Part shown: in pieces, positions 17,601-26,306 of the stretch
Position numbering within the stretch: position 1 is the first letter of the stretch
How the letters are laid out: each line of letters begins with the position of its first letter
Source of the DNA: Gemmatimonadota bacterium
GTDB taxonomy: Bacteria > Latescibacterota > UBA2968 > UBA8231
Length of the DNA stretch: 51,160 nucleotides
Direction: 5' to 3'
Assembly (NCBI GenBank): GCA_038128265.1
Contig: JAYPJE010000006.1
Coordinates: forward strand, 9,252-60,411
Program-made: the position numbers and the translations under genes
The notes under the pieces: generated by a model
Databases searched by the model: none
What the model was told of the DNA's origin: nothing
The model's input: the letters and a program-made list of their open reading frames with translations, nothing else

Positions 17601-20289
17601 CCGTATCGGCTGCCACCGGATCGACCTGCTGAACGATCGGACCGTGACGCACGGTGAGCGGACCAGGGCTGACGGCGTAAACCGGCGGATTGCGCTGGTC
17701 GTCCACTACGGCGTAGATATAGTATGGGCCGCTCGGCACGCGGAGAATCGAGGCAAAGAGCGCCGAGCTTTTGAGCGCCTGGGGCGGATCGTCCCAGGTA
17801 TAGGTCTCGCTGGCCCCTTCTGCCAGGTCGCCCGTGCCATTGGCGTTGACGCCGACGTGATCGTTCTCGTCGGCGATTAGCGTGGCGAAGATGCGTATAT
17901 CCTGCACGCTGCGCAGACCGCCCGTCGGGTAGGCATAGAGGGCTATTTTTAAATTGCCGCCTAAATCGTCGTCGGCATCGGTGGCGCTATACTGAATGGC
18001 GTACGACGTATTAGCCGTATCGCCGCTGCCGTCGGGCTGCGCAATGGACACGCTTGGCCCCGAGTTGCTGGCGACAATGTCTATATTGGCACCGAGCATA
18101 AAAAACGAACCAACGCCCGCCACAGCCGATGGGTCTGCAGCCACGCGCACCGAGCGCGCACCTAGGCCCGTGCCGCCGGCGCTGGCCGTGCTGTTGGTTA
18201 TGACTTGTACATTGACCGGCGAATCGCTGCCCAGCATGTTGAACTTGACGAGCAGGCCGATCTTGTCGTCGTCGTCTCCCCACTCGTTGGAACCGGCGCT
18301 GTCCTCGTTTATTCGTCCCTCGTAGTATTTGTCGTCGTCGCTCGAACGCACGCCAACCGACTCCCAGTCGCCGGCCAAAAACCCGTCGGACGAATCGGCG
18401 CGCGCGCCCAATCCCGAACCGTCTCGCGCATCGGCCACGTGCACGTAGACGATATTGTCCTCCACCTGCGAAGCCACTGTCTGCGCGTTAATCGGTTTGT
18501 AGGACAGCGTGTATTGGTGGGCCCCCACCGGCACCGAGTCGTCTTCCCATGTCGCGTCGCGCCCTAATACCTTGAAATAGGCGTGGTGATTTACGTTCGT
18601 CACGTGCCCTAGGCCAAAGCCTTCGCCGGCACCGCCGGCAAAAGCCATGTATACGTTGAGAGAATCGGGATGCATGGCCAGCGCCGGACTCAGCTGAAAT
18701 ACATCGGCCGCCGCAATGCCGTCTTCCGTGCCGCTGTCCGAATCGTCGTCGGCGACTTTTTCCGGCAGCGTCCAAGAGGTTCCGTTGTAGCGCGCGTAGT
18801 AGATATCGTGCTCGCCGCCGCCGCTGTAGCCGGCGCTAAAGGCGATGTGGAGATCGCCCCTATCCGCTAGGCGATCGTCAACTACAGCCGCTACGCGCTC
18901 CGTTATTTCCCAGTCGAGTTCAACGTTGTAGGCATTGGCCCCGTCGCTAAAAAGCGCCGGTGAGGCGGTATTCCATAGCGAGGCCGCTGTGCCCCAAGCG
19001 GCACTGCCTCCCAGTGCACCAACGTCGCGGTACGAGTTAAAATAGATGCCTTCTACGGGCGTATTGTCGGCATATTTAAACAGCGAGTAGACTCGGTCGG
19101 GCAGCGCTGTGCGGTCGACGACTACGCTGGGAAAATAGTAGGTCGCATCCGTTTCGATGCCCGCATTGGACGCCGCTTCGTCGACAAACGACGAAAGCGC
19201 GGCACCCGCCGTACTCTGGTTCCAACCCGTCGCACTTACGTCGACCCACGTCGTATCGGTGGCGAGGCGTTTGTGCTCTATGCGATTGTTGGTATCGCTG
19301 AAATACACTACGTGGAGCGCATCGTCGTCGCCCAGCGCCAAATCGGGCCCCGTGCTGCGATCGCCGTCGGGCGTCAGGCGAATACCACCCGTTCCAGTTG
19401 CTCCAGTTTCGCCAATGGGAAGAATGGAAAAAGGCGAAGAAAAGCGATTGACCTTGGCCATCATTATGTCGTCGCTGCCCGCCCCCGTGCTGGCCCCGCG
19501 CACGTAGCTGATAAACACATTGTCGCGATCGTCTACGACCATGCGCGGGAAGGCCGTATTGCGACTCTCCGTCGCGCCCACTTTAGTATCGTTGACGACA
19601 ATGGGAGTTTGCCAGGATCCACCACCGTCTTGCGAATAGGCAAAGTAGACGTTTTTCTTGCGCTCGTGATCGGCCGTCGAGACAAAGGCGTAGGCCACGC
19701 GCGGCTGCCCGCCGCTGTCCACTTCCAAGTCGAGCGTCGAAAATGAGCTGCCGTTGCCGTTGGTTGTCAGCGGGTGGTAGGTGACTGGGCCGCTAACGGC
19801 AACCGGCGAGGAAAAACTCGCGCCGCCGTCGGTGCTGCGCGCATACATAACGCGGTAGAGCGGCGTGCTGCCCCCCGTATAGGGAAAGCTCGGGCGGGGC
19901 ACGGATGTCGTCTGCTCAATCCACGCCATGTGAATCGACGGATGCACAGCCGTGCTAGTGAGCCCCAAAGCCGGCCCTTCGGCGCGCACGCCAAAAGGCG
20001 CGAGGTCGACCATGGCGATATCGACCTGCATGCCGTCGGTATCGACCGATCCCAACTGCACGCTCTTTTCCAGATTGTGAAAATGGCCTATAACCGGATA
20101 GTCGTAGGTAGCCGCGCGGTCCAAATCGACACGCACGCTGACGGTAGATCCCGCCGTAAAGTCTTCGACGACGGTGCTGTCCTGCGGCGAAAAACCCACC
20201 GGCGTGGCGTTTTCGAATACTGGTTTAGCAGCCTGTGCTGCGGTTGCCCAGAGCGCTGCACACGCCATGTAGATTGCCGAGCGCAGCAT
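14638..20289 (-). CDS. Giant secreted protein A (~1883 aa): Asp-box region, 4 Ig-like modules, cohesin-like, beta-sandwich, dockerin-like, cohesin-like, FlgD-Ig/T9SS-like CTD
   Basis: ATG 20289 overlaps the upstream TGA and gives signal MLRSAIYMACAALWATAAQA. Asp-boxes STDGGASF and SQDGGGSW; EF-hand pair GDVTGDNEVDEDD / DMNNDSRVGVED; CTD QNYPNPFNPST...GLYFYRV...KMTLVK. Confidence 0.85.
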   Translation of the reverse strand: MLRSAIYMACAALWATAAQAAKPVFENATPVGFSPQDSTVVEDFTAGSTVSVRVDLDRAATYDYPVIGHFHNLEKSVQLGSVDTDGMQVDIAMVDLAPFGVRAEGPALGLTSTAVHPSIHMAWIEQTTSVPRPSFPYTGGSTPLYRVMYARSTDGGASFSSPVAVSGPVTYHPLTTNGNGSSFSTLDLEVDSGGQPRVAYAFVSTADHERKKNVYFAYSQDGGGSWQTPIVVNDTKVGATESRNTAFPRMVVDDRDNVFISYVRGASTGAGSDDIMMAKVNRFSSPFSILPIGETGATGTGGIRLTPDGDRSTGPDLALGDDDALHVVYFSDTNNRIEHKRLATDTTWVDVSATGWNQSTAGAALSSFVDEAASNAGIETDATYYFPSVVVDRTALPDRVYSLFKYADNTPVEGIYFNSYRDVGALGGSAAWGTAASLWNTASPALFSDGANAYNVELDWEITERVAAVVDDRLADRGDLHIAFSAGYSGGGEHDIYYARYNGTSWTLPEKVADDDSDSGTEDGIAAADVFQLSPALAMHPDSLNVYMAFAGGAGEGFGLGHVTNVNHHAYFKVLGRDATWEDDSVPVGAHQYTLSYKPINAQTVASQVEDNIVYVHVADARDGSGLGARADSSDGFLAGDWESVGVRSSDDDKYYEGRINEDSAGSNEWGDDDDKIGLLVKFNMLGSDSPVNVQVITNSTASAGGTGLGARSVRVAADPSAVAGVGSFFMLGANIDIVASNSGPSVSIAQPDGSGDTANTSYAIQYSATDADDDLGGNLKIALYAYPTGGLRSVQDIRIFATLIADENDHVGVNANGTGDLAEGASETYTWDDPPQALKSSALFASILRVPSGPYYIYAVVDDQRNPPVYAVSPGPLTVRHGPIVQQVDPVAADTVDTGVRTGLKANPYDLDLSVVDYDSEARVQLFYSSASGLASVSVRGNYPNNTFVLGKSIAGTRATAITASTTLTAHEKEFRWDITSPLVAQGAYYIYAVATDSITTTVGQSSVPLVVRHSPSFTFYEPAVDTQRSIDSGSQPIYTIQWQKGPGDNDLDNNASIALYFTTDDPAVTDHATASGASPTSLTSDGDTKLIVSGLTEDSDGPADMYVWDLRNPPNALPKSGQRVWIYAQISDGTNTTVTRGGSLIWTHNPFVLLKTRLPDISRGDIVRLEWEDYLVDDGSGTDDAYIRLYAASNSTHTTLQEIESDLVNGGNDVFIINSSDGTAGGTITNLRESTDDAFNWDTNTASFSMAEGSFSIYAGISADPTFANNAVGRLSKSSNPLVVGVSSGTTPQLSLSPNKVVAAAGDTLTFDVVVQSSGESVESISAVIDVDASLYTVLNSGTPFTDRGEIFVGGTIAENAFSSGKLRFTKNKAGGEIVGSTQTQKPLARFQVVLKSDFSNTHMLPFGAEAALSVSGASAAIKQSSGLSVQSAQIRSVARGTLRATVMLEGRALGDGNHATLLDVHLRRPGSTVDIADATFRAANDADATSADTVEVQTASTGDFSLTHIPSGRYVLTVKDTSHLSGRSDTLLIRSGEVLTMGSSLGFYASDVRGDRSFLLAQNGRMLKGGDVTGDNEVDEDDVNAIDAAWGTNSAVAYFKQADMNNDSRVGVEDLALATSNISNSTGFGAPPVFKRAVGSLAQAGVEIRTPNYAGQWRFGDEVELVFVARNLVDLSAFEMEWSYDENSLQLVGEPRVGSVFRDNPRGAFARVDVEDGRIAVAQSRYGQRWAASGEGELLRLSVRLQEDGFPQSLRLRAGRLVSAAYESVHLKLLGDPMLLAVPEEFSLQQNYPNPFNPSTMIPFAVPFVSGGRAVPTSVEIFNALGQRVRMLVDGPIKPGYHRVEWDGRDGHGSAVGSGLYFYRVRVGQMAQVGKMTLVK
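18095..18285. repeat. High-identity tract shared with 23797-23987 (paralogues A/B)
   Basis: Manual alignment: about 13 mismatches, all synonymous, over 18095-18225, and 1 mismatch over 18238-18285; offset 5702 nt. Confidence 0.85.
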
Positions 20290-23200
20290 CACTTCACCAA
20301 GGTCATCTTGCGCGTCTGACGAAACTGATCGGCCTCCAGCAGATAGAAATACGTGCCTGCGGCCGCCTGTTGCCCCGCTTCGTCGCGGCCGTTCCACACC
20401 ATAGTGTGATGACCGGCTTCCATCGGCCCGTCGATCAGCGTGCGCACCTTCTGACCAAGCACGTTAAAGACAGCCAGACGCACCTGCGTGCGCTGGGGCA
20501 AGGCCAGCGGAATACTAGTGCTCGGATTAAAGGGGTTGGGGAAGTTTTGCGCTAAATCTGGCACCTGCGGCAGGATCCAGTCGAGCAGCGAACTACCCCA
20601 GCGGACCGACTGCTGGTCGTATAGCGTGCTCAACAGCGTGCCCCCGCCCAGCTGCAGCGTGTGCAGCGCGTCTTCGCGCAGCACTTCAAAGCGCAACCTG
20701 GCCAGCTGGCCATCGCCCTGTGCTGACCACTCCTTGCCGTAGCGCGAAGCCATGACGCGCAGACTACCGTCATCGGCGACGCGCGCGTCGAATACCGACC
20801 CGCGCGGATTGCCGGCAAAGACGTCGCCGGACTGCCCACCGCCCGGCAGCAGGCGCAGGGCACGCGGATCGAATTGAAGATCGAACTCGTAGCCCGCCAG
20901 GTCGTCTAAATCGCGCGCCTGCACCACTACGTCGATGCGCTGACCGACAAAGGGCGCCGAGCGGCGCTCAAAGATCGGCACAACATCAATGGATGCACTC
21001 GCATTATTACCTGCCGAAGCGCGCTTGTATACAGGCGGCGCGCCAAAGCCCTCGCTATTGCCAAAATTGGATGTGGTCGCCGTCAGATCGGCCGCGCCAA
21101 CTTGGTTGTCGTTATTGAGGTCGGCCTGGCGAAAGTTAGCCACCGCGCTATTCGAACCCCAAGCAGCGATGATAATATTGACGTCGTCTTCGTTGATCTC
21201 GTTGTCTTCGCTGGCATCGCCGGCAATCAAGCGCCTGCCCGAATTGGCCAGTGTCGTCGTTGGATCACCGCGCAAGTCCGAGCCAAAAAAGCCAGCGATG
21301 TCGCTGCCAACGGCCACCGTCTGCCCGTTGCTCACAGTAAACGTATCCGTGCGTGCGCTAACGTGGCTGGTATCCTTGACGGTCAGCACGTAGCGACCGG
21401 CCGGCACGTTGGTAAGCGTCAGCGCACCGTTGGCGGCACTCTGTTTTTCGAGCGTATCCGTCGTAGAGACGTTGGCATCGTTAGCGCTGAGAAAAACCGC
21501 ATCTGCAATATCAATTGTGCTGCCTGGGTGGCGCAGGTGTATATCCAATAGAGAGGAGAAATCCCCCGATCCCAGCGTGCGCCCTTCCAACTCGACTACG
21601 GCCGTAATGCTGCCGCGCTCGACGCGCTTGAAGTTGGGGTTCAGCAGGGATAGGCCCTCTCCGTTGTCGAGTGGGTCGGTTTTGCCCACTACGCCCAACA
21701 CCGTGCCCGTTTCCCCGGTCTCAAATGTGACCGACGGCGTCGCCGCTAGGCTGGAGGTTGGCACCAGCTGAAAACGCGCCAGGCGAGCTGGCTGCGTAGC
21801 CGAACCGACTAGCTCACCTTGGAACGTCGACTTGGCAAAGCGCAGTTTGGAAGCAGACGCATCATAGGCATTCTCGATCGGCGTGGCACCAGCAAAGACC
21901 TGATTTAGATCGATAAAGGGCTGCAGTCCAGCGTCCGTGCTCTGGTCGACAATCGAGAAGCTTGAATCGCCAAAGTTGAGCACGACCTGCACAAAGTTGA
22001 TCGCACTGCTGTGCTGCACCATAACGTCTAGCGTAACCGTATCACTGACCGCCACGGTCTGGTCCGTTGGGCTCAGACTTATATTTGGCGTGGCGCTGCC
22101 CGCACCGATCGTCAGCGCCGTAGCACTGCGGCTAAACGTCGTCGCGGCATTGTTGCTAAACGTCGCATCCTTGCTGATTGCCGCATACACATAGTAGTTG
22201 ACCGCGGCCCCAAACAGCTTGGTATTCCAGTCGAAAAAGTTGGCGCTGTCCTCGCGCACGCTGGCAATTGTGCCCGTAGTCAATCCGTTAGAGCTGTTAA
22301 TTAGGAAGCCATTGGCGCCCACGTCCGCTTCCAAGGCCGATAGCGAAGTCAGGTTAGACTGCGTCGATGCATAGAGACGGATATAGGCATCGTCCGTGCC
22401 GATACCGTCGTCGACCATATAGTCGTCCCAGGTTAGGCGCAGCACGTCGTTTTTTACGAATGCGTCGTAGTCGTCGAGCTTGGAACTGAGCAGGTCGATA
22501 TGCGGATCGTGCGTCATCGTTAGCGCGCCGCCCAGCGCCGTAGTGCTATTGCCGCGCTCGTCGCTGATAAGGGCATACAGCCAGACCTTCTGACCGCTGA
22601 TCGGCGTGTCGTTGGGCGGATTGCGCAAATCCCAGACATACATATCTGACGCGCCTTCGGCGTCTTCGCGCAGTCCTTTGACGATCACGCGCGTATCGCC
22701 GTCCTTGAGCAGCGAGTCGGCGTAGTCCTCGTAGTTGACGACGGCGGGGCTGTCCGTTGTGAAGTAGAGGTCGATCGTCGCATCGTCGTCAAAATCGAGA
22801 TCGCTGCGCCCTTTCTGCCACTGCACGGTAAAAATGGGCTGCGATCCCGTATTGATGCGGCGATGCGTGTCGCGCGGCGGCTCGTAAAAAGTAAACGAAG
22901 GCGAATGCTTAACCGTCAGCATGGCTTCGCTCTGCCCGACGGTAGTCGAGATGGAGTCGCTGGCGACCAGGTAAATAAAGTAGCTGCCCTCAGCCACCGT
23001 CTGCGAGTCGATTCCCGCTCCGACGCGCACGGCGACGGAGTCTCTGATATCCCACGAGAATTCCACATAGCTGCTTGTCAGCGTATCCGTATGCGCAATG
23101 GGGATAGCGCGCACGCCGGAGACGCTTTTGCCAAGCGTGAATTTCTGATTGGGAAACGTGCCGATAGTCGAAACCGACTGCAGTCCGCTAACCGACGAGT

Positions 23201-26027
23201 AAAATAGCTGTATTTCCGCGGCCCCCTGCAGATCAAAATCGCGCACGCTAAAATCGAGGTCGTAGGGGTTGGCCGTAGCGCCCGAGCGCACGCCGGTATC
23301 GACCGTATCGGCTATTGCCGGATCTACATAGGCAATAATTGGCACGTGCTTGATGGTCAGCGCGCCGGGACTGCGCGCAAAGACCGGCGGGTTTTTCTGA
23401 TCGTCAGCGACCAAGTATATGTAATACTGGCCGCTTATAACCTGATTGATACTGGCAAAGAGCTTGGCCTTTAGCGCCGCGGGCGGATCGTCCCAGGTAT
23501 AGCTCTCGCTCAGCCCTTCAGACAGGTCGTTGGTACCGCTGGCAAAGACGCTCGTCTGGTCGTTTTCGTCGGCTATCAGCGTGGCAAAAATGCGGATATC
23601 CTGCACGGAAGCCAGCGAGGAATCGGGCGAGAAATACAGCGCGGCCTTCAGCCCGCCGCTGCCCATTTGGTCGTCGGTATCGCTGAGATTGTATAGTATG
23701 GGATACGATGTATTGGCCTCGTCACCCACGCCGTCGGGCTGCAGCACCTGCACCCTAGGCGCGGTATTCGAATCGACGATATCGATGTCTGCGCCTAGCA
23801 TAAAAAACGAACCAACTCCTGCCACAGCCGACGGGTCTGCGGCCACGCGCACCGAGCGCGCACCCAATCCCGTTCCACCAGCGCTGGCCGTGCTGTTGGT
23901 TATGACCTGCACATTGACCGGTGAATCGCCTCCCAGCACGTTGAACTTGACGAGCAGGCCGATTTTGTCGTCGTCGTCTCCCCACTCCTGCCCGGAACTG
24001 GCATCTTCGTTGAAGCGGCCTTCAAAATACTTATCGTCGTCGCTCGAGCGCACGCCGATCGATTCCCAGTCGCCGGCCAGAAAGCCGTCCGTCTGGCGCT
24101 TGCCCGTCGCACCCAACCCCGAGCCATCGGCATTGTCGGCCACGTGCACGTAGATCAGATTGTCATCGATTGCGCTGCTGAGATTCTGCGGATTGACCGG
24201 CGTATAGCTGAGGTTATAGGCAAAAGCGCCTACGGGAACCGACTCATCTTCCGAGCTGATGGATCGCCCCAGTACCTTAAAGTACGCATGCGCGTTGACG
24301 TCGCTGACGCCGTTAATACCCAAGCCCTCACCCACGCCACCGGAAAAGGCCATAAATAGGTTCGACTGCCCCGCCGCCTTGGCCAGCGCGGGCGATGCGA
24401 GGAATACGTCGGTGGCGGCGATGCCGTCTTCAATACCGGTATCCGAATCGTCGTCGGCGACTTTTTCTGGCAACGTCCACGATGCGCCGTTGTAGTATCC
24501 ATAGTAAATGTCGTGCTCGCCGCTGCTGGAATAGCCGGCGCTAAAGGCAATATGCACCTCGCCGCGATCGGGCAGGCGATCGTCTACGAGCACGGCTACG
24601 CGCTCGGTATGCGTCCATTCCAACTCGATGTTATACGCGGCGTTACCGTCGGCAAAAACCGGCGACGTTGCCGTGCTCCACACCGGCATAGCCGAGGCCG
24701 TGCTCCAGCCCGCGCTGCCGCCGACGGCATTGTCATAGGTATAGCGGTTAAACGCCACCGTCTCAAAAGTCGCATCGCCAAATTTGTACACGGCATAGAC
24801 CTGGTCGGGCGAACTCTGCTTATCAACGGCTATGCTGGGAAAAAAGAAGTCGGCATCGGATTCAATGGCCGCGACCGTCGCCTCATCGACAAAGTCATCT
24901 ACGTCGGCGCCGTCCGCTGATTGATTCCAGCCAGTGCCGCCTACTGCGCTCCACGAGTCGGCCAGCAGCGTCTTGTGCTCAATATCGTTGCCGGCATCGT
25001 TGAAATAGATCAGGTGCAGCACGTCGCCGGTCCCCACGGCTACGTCCGGCCCGCTGTGGCGCCCGGCCTCTGGCGATATCCGAACCCCGCCGCTGCTGCC
25101 CGCCCCACCGAGCGAGCCGATGCGTTCCATATCAAAGGGGGTCGTCGAGCGATCGACTTTGGCCAGCATAATGTCGTCATTGCCCGATCCCTGACTAGAA
25201 CCGCGCACGTAGCTGATGAATACGTTGTCGCGCTGGTCGACGGCCAGGCGCGGAAACGCGCTGGCGCGGCCCTGCAAATTGCCGACCGTGACGGTGTCGT
25301 TGACGACGATAGCGCGATCGGCCGGCAACCACGAGGCACCGCCATTCTGCGAGTAGTTGAAATAGACGTTGTCGGCGTCGCCGCTGCCGGTAAACTTCGC
25401 GGTGTGGCCGTCGGGCGAGTGATTCATCGCGTAGGCGATGCGCGGGTTCCCGCGACTGTCCACTTCTAGATCGAGCGTCGAAAACCCACTGCTGTTGGCG
25501 GCTGTATTGACGGTCAATAGATCAAAGCGCAAGCTGCCCGACACGCTGACCGGCGTCGAAAAAGTGCGGCCGCTATCTTCGCTGCGCGCATAGCGCACGT
25601 AGTAGACCGGCGTCGAGACCGGGCTGACGACCTCCTGCGCAATCCAGGCCATATGCACCGTGCCGTCGCCATCAACGGCGATATCGGTCTGCAGACCGTC
25701 GACATCGCTGCCTTCGACCTGCACGCTGCGCTCTATGGTGTGAAAATGCCCTATAACGGGGTAGGTCGGCGTCGCCGCCTGATTGAGATCGGCGCGCACC
25801 GTAATCTCGCCGCCCAGCACGAAATCCTGCTGCGTCGTGCTATCGGCAGGGGAAAAACCCACCGGCGTGCGGTTCTCAAAAATGGGCGCAGCACCGTACA
25901 CGCGGGGAGCCAGCCACAGCAGTAGCAGCAGGCCCGCAGTGATCCACGGTATGGAGTAGCGCGTCGACCGCTGCCAATAGGGCTGGCGCGCGCATAATGT
26001 ACTCTGAGCAGAGAAGGACTTCACCAT
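20289..26027 (-). CDS. Giant secreted protein B (~1912 aa), full-length paralogue of protein A with the same architecture
   Basis: Collinear with A (P[IV]FENxTPVGFSP, YPVIGHFH, WTLPEKVADDDSD, GFGAPPV[FY]KR, KMTLVK); Asp-boxes SEDSGRTF and SQNGGASW; dockerin-like GDASEDNEINEDD / DLNNDNQVGAAD. Start uncertain (ATG 26027 after AAGGA). Confidence 0.85.
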   Translation of the reverse strand: MVKSFSAQSTLCARQPYWQRSTRYSIPWITAGLLLLLWLAPRVYGAAPIFENRTPVGFSPADSTTQQDFVLGGEITVRADLNQAATPTYPVIGHFHTIERSVQVEGSDVDGLQTDIAVDGDGTVHMAWIAQEVVSPVSTPVYYVRYARSEDSGRTFSTPVSVSGSLRFDLLTVNTAANSSGFSTLDLEVDSRGNPRIAYAMNHSPDGHTAKFTGSGDADNVYFNYSQNGGASWLPADRAIVVNDTVTVGNLQGRASAFPRLAVDQRDNVFISYVRGSSQGSGNDDIMLAKVDRSTTPFDMERIGSLGGAGSSGGVRISPEAGRHSGPDVAVGTGDVLHLIYFNDAGNDIEHKTLLADSWSAVGGTGWNQSADGADVDDFVDEATVAAIESDADFFFPSIAVDKQSSPDQVYAVYKFGDATFETVAFNRYTYDNAVGGSAGWSTASAMPVWSTATSPVFADGNAAYNIELEWTHTERVAVLVDDRLPDRGEVHIAFSAGYSSSGEHDIYYGYYNGASWTLPEKVADDDSDTGIEDGIAATDVFLASPALAKAAGQSNLFMAFSGGVGEGLGINGVSDVNAHAYFKVLGRSISSEDESVPVGAFAYNLSYTPVNPQNLSSAIDDNLIYVHVADNADGSGLGATGKRQTDGFLAGDWESIGVRSSDDDKYFEGRFNEDASSGQEWGDDDDKIGLLVKFNVLGGDSPVNVQVITNSTASAGGTGLGARSVRVAADPSAVAGVGSFFMLGADIDIVDSNTAPRVQVLQPDGVGDEANTSYPILYNLSDTDDQMGSGGLKAALYFSPDSSLASVQDIRIFATLIADENDQTSVFASGTNDLSEGLSESYTWDDPPAALKAKLFASINQVISGQYYIYLVADDQKNPPVFARSPGALTIKHVPIIAYVDPAIADTVDTGVRSGATANPYDLDFSVRDFDLQGAAEIQLFYSSVSGLQSVSTIGTFPNQKFTLGKSVSGVRAIPIAHTDTLTSSYVEFSWDIRDSVAVRVGAGIDSQTVAEGSYFIYLVASDSISTTVGQSEAMLTVKHSPSFTFYEPPRDTHRRINTGSQPIFTVQWQKGRSDLDFDDDATIDLYFTTDSPAVVNYEDYADSLLKDGDTRVIVKGLREDAEGASDMYVWDLRNPPNDTPISGQKVWLYALISDERGNSTTALGGALTMTHDPHIDLLSSKLDDYDAFVKNDVLRLTWDDYMVDDGIGTDDAYIRLYASTQSNLTSLSALEADVGANGFLINSSNGLTTGTIASVREDSANFFDWNTKLFGAAVNYYVYAAISKDATFSNNAATTFSRSATALTIGAGSATPNISLSPTDQTVAVSDTVTLDVMVQHSSAINFVQVVLNFGDSSFSIVDQSTDAGLQPFIDLNQVFAGATPIENAYDASASKLRFAKSTFQGELVGSATQPARLARFQLVPTSSLAATPSVTFETGETGTVLGVVGKTDPLDNGEGLSLLNPNFKRVERGSITAVVELEGRTLGSGDFSSLLDIHLRHPGSTIDIADAVFLSANDANVSTTDTLEKQSAANGALTLTNVPAGRYVLTVKDTSHVSARTDTFTVSNGQTVAVGSDIAGFFGSDLRGDPTTTLANSGRRLIAGDASEDNEINEDDVNIIIAAWGSNSAVANFRQADLNNDNQVGAADLTATTSNFGNSEGFGAPPVYKRASAGNNASASIDVVPIFERRSAPFVGQRIDVVVQARDLDDLAGYEFDLQFDPRALRLLPGGGQSGDVFAGNPRGSVFDARVADDGSLRVMASRYGKEWSAQGDGQLARLRFEVLREDALHTLQLGGGTLLSTLYDQQSVRWGSSLLDWILPQVPDLAQNFPNPFNPSTSIPLALPQRTQVRLAVFNVLGQKVRTLIDGPMEAGHHTMVWNGRDEAGQQAAAGTYFYLLEADQFRQTRKMTLVK

Positions 26028-26088
26028 TCCATTCCTTAGAATGCCGCCGTCTCGGCGACAGTCGATTCCCTTCAACGCCTGCTCTTGA

Positions 26089-26103
26089 GCAAGATCAATG
26101 CCA
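26089..26103 (-). promoter_or_regulatory. Sigma-54 (-24/-12) promoter for the B-A operon
   Basis: Minus strand TGGCATTGATCTTGC = TGGCA-N6-TTGC with exact GG-N10-GC spacing, about 60 nt upstream of the B start. Confidence 0.75.
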
Positions 26104-26247
26104 TACTACTTGTAGGGGTAAAACCCTCTCCTTACCCCATGCACAGGGGCAATCCCGCCGCTGTAGGACGGAATATTCTTCCTATCTATGGCAGAAAATT
26201 CCACCGCATTGGACGCTTTTACCCACTCATACTCGCTCTGTGCGCAC

Positions 26248-26262
26248 TGGCATAGCTTTTGC
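26248..26262 (+). promoter_or_regulatory. Sigma-54 (-24/-12) promoter for protein C
   Basis: TGGCATAGCTTTTGC with exact GG-N10-GC spacing, about 45 nt upstream of ATG 26307. Confidence 0.75.
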
Positions 26263-26306
26263 CAACGAATGCCCTTACACGTTCCCTCCAGGGAGGATGG
26301 AGCCCC

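Noticed and set aside
18095..23987. Diversity-generating retroelement TR/VR pair or assembly duplication
   Set aside because: Mismatches are synonymous and not adenine-specific, both copies are coding and mid-gene, and no reverse transcriptase is present.
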